Assembly: GCA_002794465.1 (NCBI GenBank)
Contig: MTSL01000003.1
Location: 41,733-73,732 of the forward strand
Reading direction: 5' to 3'
Length of the DNA stretch: 32,000 nucleotides
Source of the DNA: Paramicrosporidium saccamoebae KSL3
Taxonomy: Eukaryota > Fungi > Cryptomycota
In this document: positions 10,676 to 18,512 of the stretch, piece after piece
How positions within the stretch are numbered: the first letter of the stretch is position 1
Layout: each line of letters begins with the position of its first letter
Position numbers and translations under genes: made by a program
The notes under the pieces: generated by a model
What the model was told of the DNA's origin: nothing
Seen by the model: the letters and a program-made list of their open reading frames with translations, nothing else
Databases searched by the model: none

Positions 10676-13102
10676 TTAACGACGACCACCGTTCTTCTTT
10701 CCCCTAGCCTTTATGCGTTTTTGTGCACGAACTTCCTTCTTCATTCTGGAATCAACCATTTTGTAATGCCCCTTGACTCCCTTGGGTCGGCCTTTGACAC
10801 CGCGTTTTGACCCTCGGGCAACGACAAGCTTTGTCTCTTTCCGCTGTGGTTTACCTGCCTTGCTCAACATTTTCTGAATCTGTTCGCTCTTTTGCCGCTC
10901 ACCCATATCTTCAGAATCAGCAATCACTGCTGCCTTCTTCTTCATAGCCTCTAGTTTGCGTACAACGCGCTGACGGTTACGGCCCTTAGCTTCCAACTCT
11001 TTCTTTATGGGTCTTGAATCCAATTCCTTCATTTTTGCCTTGAGTAAAGCGACACCCTCCTTGGTAATGGGCTTCTGGGGGCGATTATGCTTTGATTCAT
11101 CATCAAGGAACCAACGGGGAAGAATACCATCATCTTTGAACGAATAGCGATTAAAAGATTCGTCGATCAAATCCTTTTTGGCACGCTTCTGGTCCCGGGC
11201 AATTTTGGCGGCCAAGGTCATTCCATGTGGAGTCAGGACAGACTCTTTTGTCTTTGGATCAATCATGAGCTCTTCTTCTTCGTCTTCTGACGACTCTGCC
11301 TTGACAAACACAATTTCGCCGGGTTCAAGCTTCTTTGATTTTTTTGCATCTTCCCGCTGTTTTTCTTGCTTCATTTGCTCCAGCTCATGTGCTTTACGCT
11401 TCTTCTCTTGCTTCAGCTTTTTCTTAGAGGACTCTTCAAGCTCGCCAGGCATAGGATTTTCATCTAATTCACGAAATAGTGGGTTGGAATACCACAAGGC
11501 CATTTTTGCATCTTGATTAGCCTTTTCTTCCTCTTTCTTCAGCAAGGACGTGGTCAACTTGGTTCTGGGGTTTTCGGCAATCTCGTTGTCAGAATTCGAT
11601 ACTACTTCGTTCTCAGAACCCGATGCCATTTGATTGTCGAGTTCTTCATCATGTTCAACCGCCTTCTTACGTCTGGAACGAACCAACTCGACGGCATTCT
11701 TTGAGAGTTCCTTTTGCTGACGTCTCTCATAGTCTGCCTCTAAATCAGACTCCCAAAGTGCCTCGTCGTCATCTTCAGACAGAGTCTCAATTTCAGATTC
11801 GTTAATACAATGGCCTTCCTTATCAGAGTCACTTTCGCTAAGCACAATGTCCTCATTCCCAACAATGCCAGAACTTTTTACAAGCGAGAAAAGAGGCTCA
11901 TTTTCAGCATACTCATCAGCCAGATCATCGGCATTGCCCATACTCAGCTGCATACGCATACGCTGCTTAGCTTTTCTTTCCAAAGCCTTTCTCTTATCTC
12001 TCTTCACCTGCTTATCCTGCTTTTTGGCCAATTCATCGAGCTCACAGATGGGATTTTCCTCAACAACCACGTTTTCAGACATTTCGCCCTTGCTAGAATC
12101 TGTTGCAACCGCAGTAATAATTCCCAATGCCTGCCGGGCCTCCTTCCGCCATCTGCTTAGAATCTTGAATTCACGCCGACCCAGAACCTTCAGATCAGCG
12201 CAAAGAACACGAATCTCGGCAAGTTCGTCAGCCAAGTCACACACCTTTTTGGGAGTCTCCTTTGTAAACTGAATCTGATTGAATGTTGCTAGTATGGTAT
12301 TCGGCTCATTGGAGGTAATGAAATCTTCTACTGAAGTTGTCTTGAACAGCATCGTAGCTCCATCTTCATAACCTTCACGATGGCGAATCTTTTTCTCGGG
12401 ATGCAAGAGATCTACCTTGGCAACGCCTCCTTGCAGCAGGGTAATATCTTCAAAGACATGTTTGGGATCTAATAGTCTCGGATCAATATGGTTTGGTGCC
12501 TTAAAGCCACGGCAGACGACAAAAATTTCTGCCGAAACCGTACGGGAGGAGGCCGGTTTAGTGGCCTCTACTTTTTTGAACAACTGATTAAAAACCCACA
12601 TCAAGGCATTGTAGTCTTTGCTTCGGAACACTTTGGTGACAAAGCATCCATCTGCCGCAAGGAACTCTGTGGCCAGCTTGAGAGAATGTAATACAAGCTC
12701 AGATTGAGAATATGCATCGTGTAGCCACGACTTGCCGACGTTTGGTGCACCATCATGAAGCACGGCGTCGGCTTTCCAGTTCTTTAACTCTTTCTTTAGC
12801 TCCGAGCGGCACTTTTCAGTGGTTATGTCGGCGACAATTGTCTTGACACCCGGAATGGGCTTGATGGGAACAAGATCCACCCCCACGATGACATGAGAAA
12901 CGGGTGTATACTTTGCTGCAACCTGAAGCCAACCACCTGGAGCGGCACAAAGATCAATAACAACTCGAGCTTGGTCAAGTAGGTTGTATTTCTTATGAAG
13001 TTGGACCAGCTTGAATGCAGAACGAGCACGATATCCTTGGTCCTTGGCCAGAAAGTAGTACTTGTCGAGACGCCCCTTTCCGGTCTTTTTGCTGAACCCC
13101 AT
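10676..13102 (-). CDS. SPB1: AdoMet-dependent pre-rRNA 2'-O-methyltransferase SPB1/FTSJ3, 808 aa
   Basis: ATG at 13102 (MGFSKKTGKGRLDKYY). RSAFKL, DLCAAPGGW, HDGAPN, FVTKVFRS and SAEIFVVC give the K-D-K-E tetrad; the Spb1 C-terminal domain includes KGHYKMVDSRMKKE. Confidence 0.96.
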   Translation of the reverse strand: MGFSKKTGKGRLDKYYFLAKDQGYRARSAFKLVQLHKKYNLLDQARVVIDLCAAPGGWLQVAAKYTPVSHVIVGVDLVPIKPIPGVKTIVADITTEKCRSELKKELKNWKADAVLHDGAPNVGKSWLHDAYSQSELVLHSLKLATEFLAADGCFVTKVFRSKDYNALMWVFNQLFKKVEATKPASSRTVSAEIFVVCRGFKAPNHIDPRLLDPKHVFEDITLLQGGVAKVDLLHPEKKIRHREGYEDGATMLFKTTSVEDFITSNEPNTILATFNQIQFTKETPKKVCDLADELAEIRVLCADLKVLGRREFKILSRWRKEARQALGIITAVATDSSKGEMSENVVVEENPICELDELAKKQDKQVKRDKRKALERKAKQRMRMQLSMGNADDLADEYAENEPLFSLVKSSGIVGNEDIVLSESDSDKEGHCINESEIETLSEDDDEALWESDLEADYERRQQKELSKNAVELVRSRRKKAVEHDEELDNQMASGSENEVVSNSDNEIAENPRTKLTTSLLKKEEEKANQDAKMALWYSNPLFRELDENPMPGELEESSKKKLKQEKKRKAHELEQMKQEKQREDAKKSKKLEPGEIVFVKAESSEDEEEELMIDPKTKESVLTPHGMTLAAKIARDQKRAKKDLIDESFNRYSFKDDGILPRWFLDDESKHNRPQKPITKEGVALLKAKMKELDSRPIKKELEAKGRNRQRVVRKLEAMKKKAAVIADSEDMGERQKSEQIQKMLSKAGKPQRKETKLVVARGSKRGVKGRPKGVKGHYKMVDSRMKKEVRAQKRIKARGKKNGGRR

Positions 13103-13343
13103 CCTACGCTGTACCTCACCCCTGGCCAATGCGGCTATCAATAATTTTACAGAGATCGCGTCTGAGTAGTCTTGTCGACAAACCACGGACAATCTCGCCG
13201 AGATGGCTGATAAATTTAGTAATTGGATTGTACTGCTGCAACATCGATGCTAGTTCAGATCCATTTCATTCTGATTGGTCGACTGATTTCATAGGACGAG
13301 ATGTAACTATTTACGGACTGTAACGGAGGTGGTTCCAGTCAGC
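13103..13343. promoter_or_regulatory. Divergent promoter region between SPB1 and LCB1
   Basis: 241 bp between head-to-head ATGs (inferred from position); ATTGG boxes present. Confidence 0.45.
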
Positions 13344-14892
13344 ATGTCTGAGGCAATTTCCGAGGCTCTTTGGAATCTTATAACAACCACAGGACATACT
13401 CTACAGCAAGTGCCTGGATTGGCCGTTGTTGTGCGTTACATCCAAAGGTCATACCAGAATGACCCGATTCGCGTTATTATCGAAGTTCTCGTGTTCATTT
13501 GGGCGTTGTACTATGTGCTTAAACGCGATGAGACCAAGGACAGCACCAAACTTACGGAAAGGGTAGTCTTATTCTGCAGGCTTTTTACAGTAGGAAATTG
13601 AAATGTTGGTGGAGGAGTGGGAGCCGGAGGCTCTTGTGCCACGGCCCACCAACTCTTCCCGCGCCGAAGATGACAATCCACCAGTTATCAAAGGGTGCAC
13701 CTTTTGCCCATACTGACCGTTTAGACAATCGGATTTGAACGTCACTCTGACGACGGGCGAGAGACTGCAGAACTGGGCCACCGCCAACTATTTGGGGCTT
13801 CAAAACAATGCAGACATTACGCAGGCGGCAATAGAGACGGTTAGACAGTACGGTGTAGGTGCCTGTGGGCCCGCGGGATTTTACGGATCTATGGATGTTC
13901 ATCTTGACTTGGAAAAGCAGCTAGCTCAGATTTTGGGGACTGAGGAAGCGATCGTATACTCCCAAGGCTTCATGGCGGTAGCAAGCGTGATCCCAGCGTT
14001 TTGCAAGCGCAGTGATATCATTGTAGCTGACTCGGGTGTATCGTTTGCTGGACAGACAGGTTTGGAGATTTCTCGCAGTCAGGTCTACTTTTTTGAGCAC
14101 AACGATATGGAGGATTTGGAGCGCGTCCTCAAACAAGTCGATCAGGACTGTCTCAGAAAAAAAATGCCTCTCTCTCGTCGATTCATTGTGGCAGAGGGTC
14201 TTTATGCAAAGCATGGCGACAAGTGTCCTTTACCCAAAATTATCGAGCTCAAGGAAAGATACAAATATCGACTGATGCTAGATGAGAGTCTGTCGTTTGG
14301 CTGCATCGGCCCTCGTGGATTGGGCATTTCAGATTATTTTGGCATTCCTGCCACTAAAATTGACATTATTGCCGGATCTTTCAGCCAGGCTTTGGGATCT
14401 TCTGGTGGATTCTGTGCCGGATCCCATCATGTCGTGGATCACCAACGGCTGTCAAGTCAGGCATACTGCTTCTCAGCTGCCCTGCCGCCCCTGTTGGCTG
14501 TTGCCACCTCCTTAGCCCTACAGCAGGTGGAATCCTGTCCCGAAGTCATCCATGACTTGCGTCGAAACATGACAGTATTTAATGCCGTGCTGGAAACATC
14601 TCTTCCCAAAAGATTTGTCGTCAATGGTGACCGTGACTCTCCGCTGCGGTTTGTACGTCTGTCGACACGACACGAAGATCCCGAACACGAAGTTTCAGTT
14701 ATGAACGTTATTGTTAAGGAGATGCGCAAGCGGGGCTTCCTAGTTACTCGCGACAAACATGTACAGTCTCGAGAAAAGTTTATACCTCCGCCTTCTGTCA
14801 AGGTTTGTTTATCGTCAGGGTTCTCTGAGAAGGAAACTAACACCTTTGCTAATGCCTTGATTGAAAGCATGAGAGTAGCTCGAGTCGTGTAG
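13344..14892 (+). CDS. LCB1: Serine palmitoyltransferase subunit LCB1/SPTLC1, about 495 aa, 3 exons
   Basis: ATG at 13344; introns 13563-13593 (31 nt) and 13695-13724 (30 nt). SYQNDPIR, LTEREIEMLVEEWEPEALV, YGVGACGPAGFYG and HQRLSSQAYCFSAALP are present. GSFSQA lacks the PLP lysine, which marks LCB1 rather than LCB2. Confidence 0.93.
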
Positions 14893-14925
14893 TTTATTGT
14901 AATAAATCTGCGTATTTCTGTAAAG

Positions 14926-14996
14926 GTGGTGTATTGAGTCGTGTATGTCTATGGAGGTAGTGTATTGAGCTGTATATGTCTATGGAGGTGGTGTAA
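14926..14996. repeat. 31-nt tandem repeat, about 2.3 copies
   Basis: GTGGTGTATTGAGTCGTGTATGTCTATGGAG / GTAGTGTATTGAGCTGTATATGTCTATGGAG / GTGGTGTAA. Confidence 0.85.
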
Positions 14997-15029
14997 GTTT
15001 CGCTTGAGTCGGTCGTAATTTATAAGCAT

Positions 15030-15350
15030 ATGTTGGTAGATGGTTTAGAGTTGCTTGAATCAGGTAATACTTTATCTACCCAACTGTTTGTGGACGGCTT
15101 AGGTTTGTTTGGATCAGATAATACTTTATTTATCTAATTGTATGTGGATGGTTTAGGTTCGCTTGAAACAGATAATACTTTACTTACCTGTTTTCGGGTG
15201 GTTTAACTTTGTTTGAATCGGATAATACTTTATTCACCTAACTGTCTGCGGGTGATTTAAATCTTGTTTGAAAAGAGCCATACCTCATTCACCTAACTGT
15301 CTGCAGAGATTTCAGCTTGCGTGATCGGGACATACCTTATCCACACAACC
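15030..15350. repeat. Degenerate 50-57-nt tandem repeat, about 6 copies
   Basis: Recurrent core TGT..G.GG.TGGTTTAG.TT.G.TTGAA.CAGATAATACTTTAT..ACCTAAC with units starting near 15030, 15085, 15139, 15189, 15243 and 15298; stop codons in the frames tested on both strands. Confidence 0.8.
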
Positions 15351-15395
15351 TAACCTTACTTATCCCTCCCCTCCCCACCTCGCCTCACTACACCT

Positions 15396-16952
15396 TTACC
15401 CACGAGAGGATTTCGATTTCGCAGCCATGTCTATCCTTGGACTTGTTCCATTAACTACTGCTCGTTCGTCAAATGTTACTTTGGCGTACCCAGCACCGGG
15501 AGCTTCGTACATTACTGGCAACAGAACGCGTTCCATAATCGATCGAAGACCTCTTGCTCCAGTTCCAGCACGTAAGGCTTCTCGCGCCACGGCGTGTAGT
15601 GCATCAGGAGTAAATACGAGCTTCACTCCCTGCACTGCCAGCAGACTTTCATATTGCTTTAGAAGAGCATGTCGCGGTTCAGTTAGTGTTCGGACTAGAG
15701 CAGACTCATCCAGCGCCTCCAATACAGCGACTACAGGGACCCTACCGATAAACTCGGGAATCATGCCGTAATGCATCAAGTCCGTTGGTGTCACTTCAGT
15801 GAGCGCCTTGTGTTCTTTTGCCTTTGAACCAGTTCCAAATCCAAGGCTTCTTTCCTCCATCCTACTTCGAACAACATTGTCCAGTCCACTGAATGCACCA
15901 GACAAGATAAAGAGCAGCTTCGATGTATCAAAGTTGGTACTATCCTTACTGCCTCCTCCAATGGAAGCACGGTTACGAGCAGAGATGGGCGCCAGTGTTC
16001 CTTCCAGCATCTTTAGCAGCGCTTGCTGGACGCCTTCACCGCCTACATCTCGCGTGCCCTCTGGTGCTGCCTGTTTTGCTAGTTTGTCTACCTCATCGAG
16101 GAAGACGATTCCACATTGAGCTCGTGCTATATTTCCTCCCGCAGAATCCAGCAGTCGCTGTAGAAGGGATTCGACATCCTCGCCAACATATCCCGCCTCT
16201 GTCAATGTTGTGGCATCGCACATGGCAAATGGCACCTTGAGCAATTCAGCAAGCGTCTTTGCCAGCAGTGTCTTTCCAGTCCCCGATGGTCCAACCAACA
16301 TGACATTGCTCTTTTCGTGACGGATGCTTTCCGAGTTTGGCTGCAGCATTCCAGCACGTAGCTTGACGTAATGGTTGTATAATGCTACCGCTAGGACCCG
16401 CTTCGCATGATGTTGTCCGATAACATGACGTTCTAGGTGGGCAACAATCTCTTTTGGTTTCGGTGGGTCGGAAATCGTGTCTGCCAATGGACTATGCGCT
16501 GGTGGCTTTTCTACGGTGGGGATGATCAACATTGGAAACTCTGGTCCTGCAAGTGTAAAATGAAAGCACTTTGGGCAATGGAGTATTGGCGTACTGCTAG
16601 AAGTTGATGTGACTTTGAGCGGCGCCTTGCATTTGGGACAGTTGGCAAAAACTATAGATTAAGGTGCAGTCCAATCGACTATACCTGTTTTTGGGGGCGG
16701 CTTAGGTGGGTCTCGTCCATTAGTTGTAGAAAGCCACCTCTTCATCGATTGTTGGTGAAAAGCTCCTCTCCCCGACAATCCAGAACCATTGAATCTAGCC
16801 ATCGGCACTCGAGAAGCATCCGACCCTACTATCGACAACCGAGAGGCATCCAACTCTGCTATTGACAATCGAGAGGCATTTAACTTTGCTATCGACAACT
16901 GAGGACCATCCACTCTCGCCACAGCCCTCCTCAAGACATTGTGAATCAGCAT
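15396..16952 (-). CDS. CLPX: Mitochondrial ClpX AAA+ unfoldase, about 507 aa, 2 exons
   Basis: ATG at 16952; a 33-nt intron (16652-16684) removes the in-frame TAA. Arg-rich presequence, CPKC...CPKC zinc motif, VIGQHHAK, Walker A GPSGTGKT, GYVGEDVE, Walker B FLDEVDK, RDVGGEGVQQALLK, SLGFG loop and GARGLRSIME. Confidence 0.93.
16771..16920 (-). repeat. 30-nt (10-aa) coding tandem repeat, about 5 copies, in the ClpX presequence
   Basis: Plus-strand units at 16771, 16801, 16831, 16861 and 16891; peptides LSIAKLNASR / LSIAELDASR / LSIVGSDASR. Confidence 0.85.
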
Positions 16953-17073
16953 TATACAAGGCCTCTGGTCCAAATTCACATTCCAGACGTTTATTCAGCA
17001 CCATTACTATATATAGACATCGATGACCAATGAGCCCGATGCTGAAGCCAAGATATATTTCTGCTATTATAGG

Positions 17074-17717
17074 CTACCCTTGGATAGCCAGCAAATCAGT
17101 CCTTATCCATGGCACATCTTCCTCTGAAGAATCCTGTTCTGAGAAGTAAAGGGAAGGCAGACTTTTCTGTGCATCATGGGTAGTTAAATGTCCCGTGTCT
17201 AGAGAGGGCCGATTTTTCTGTGTAGCTTCGCTAATTGGATGCTTCGCACCCAGAGAAGGCAGGCGTTTCTGTGTGGCTTGGATAATTGGATGCCTCGAGT
17301 TCAGAGACCCAGAACGCAGCTGATGCCACACTCGCCGCTCCTCGTCCTAAAATATGTACTTTGGGCAAGTCTTGGCGTACGGCAATTGCGTCTTGGCAGA
17401 TACGGTGTTGAGTGGCAGAAAAATCACGCTTCACTGCCTCTGTGGCATATTCTAACCTTTTGGTGGCAGCAGACTTACGGTTCTGTCGCTGGGCCTCCAT
17501 CTCTCGGTATCTTTCATAGTACGGATGATCCATTTCTAAACATGAGGCTAATAAAGTGGGAACCTTTTGTGAATGCACCAGTACGGAGTTGCTCAATTAA
17601 CTCATCAATGCAGAACAGCTCGCCCGCATCCTCTTCATTCAGTCTGGGCGTCCTGTTTCGCTTGATTGAGGACAATGGCGGTTGCTGATTTAACCTAGAC
17701 CGCTCGTTCTCCGACAT
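17074..17717 (-). CDS. Small Sds3/BRMS1-like coiled-coil protein (putative Sin3-HDAC complex subunit), about 193 aa, 3 exons
   Basis: Three track ORFs join through introns 17536-17563 (28 nt) and 17347-17380 (34 nt), giving a 582-nt spliced CDS. IDELIEQLRTG..DHPYYERYREMEAQRQNRKSAATKRLEYATEAVKRDFSA resembles the Sds3-like pattern L..G.HPEY...L.ELE..R..RL..A..R..Y. The gene model is well supported; the family call is tentative. Confidence 0.6.
17150..17307 (-). repeat. 51-nt (17-aa) coding tandem repeat, 3 copies plus a partial copy
   Basis: Plus-strand units 17150-17200, 17201-17251 and 17252-17302; peptides HPIIQATQKRLPSL / HPISEATQKNRPSL / HLTTHDAQKSLPSL. Confidence 0.85.
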
Positions 17718-17812
17718 GTTCGTTCTGTGGCCGCCCTGGTACAGTTCTCGTCCTCCAAAAGTCTGAACTCGAAATATTGTAATCGAACAGTTGTATTTAT
17801 TAGCAGAAATAT

Positions 17813-18372
17813 TTAGGCTTGCATGGCATTGCGACGAGCCTGCAGAGCAGACTTTCCGTTGGCCTTGCGCTTCAACAAGTCAGCACGATCCTTGTCCATC
17901 TTAATCTTGGTGATAGACACCTTGCTGGGATTAACTCCAACAAAAACAGTCTGACCTACACACATGAATACACCAAACTAACTGCATACCATTGACCTTC
18001 TCGCGTTGGATGCGCTCGATGTGGATGACCCAGCGGCGACGATACACCTGGACAACCTTTCCCTCGCGGCCCTTGTAGGTACCCCGAGTGACAATGACCT
18101 CGTCATCCTTGCGGATGGGGAGGGACTTGACGTCATGCTTTCCGCGGAGCTCCTTGCTCAGAGGGGCAGACATGATGACACGACGGACGTGAGAGGGGGC
18201 CGAGAAGTGGGCCTTGCGGCACTTGCGGCGAGATGAGGTCACGTCTAGAGATTAGTTTCGGTTCTGGGGGACTGGAGGAGAATGCACGTCCGGTTTTAAA
18301 CGCATATAGATGGGCTTAAGGACGGATGTATGGGAACGTTATGGAATGACACTTACTTGGCGAGAACTTCAT
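17813..18372 (-). CDS. RPL26: 60S ribosomal protein L26 (uL24), 137 aa, 3 exons
   Basis: MKFSPN|[33 protein letters not shown]...IRKDDEV...NG|[12 protein letters not shown]; introns 18245-18356 (112 nt) and 17956-17989 (34 nt); TAA at 17813-17815. Confidence 0.97.
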
Positions 18373-18512
18373 ATGGACCAGTACGCGAACCCTGGCCGAA
18401 CCAAGGGTCTTTCTCATTCGTCCGTCACACCCAAACCATGGAGCAGGATTTCTAATAAAATCGATCGTTTATTTTGAATACGATCCATGTTTAAATATAA
18501 CACAAGCCATGC

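Noticed and set aside
15182-15190. ACTTACCTG, identical to the U1 snRNA 5' end
   Set aside because: No U1-70K or U1A loops and no Sm site follow; it is a variant repeat unit (a donor-like site on the other strand).
15347-15356. AACCTAACCT as a telomerase template for TTAGG repeats
   Set aside because: It derives from the CCTAAC of the local repeat, lies 40 nt from the ClpX stop, and has no room or evidence for a pseudoknot.
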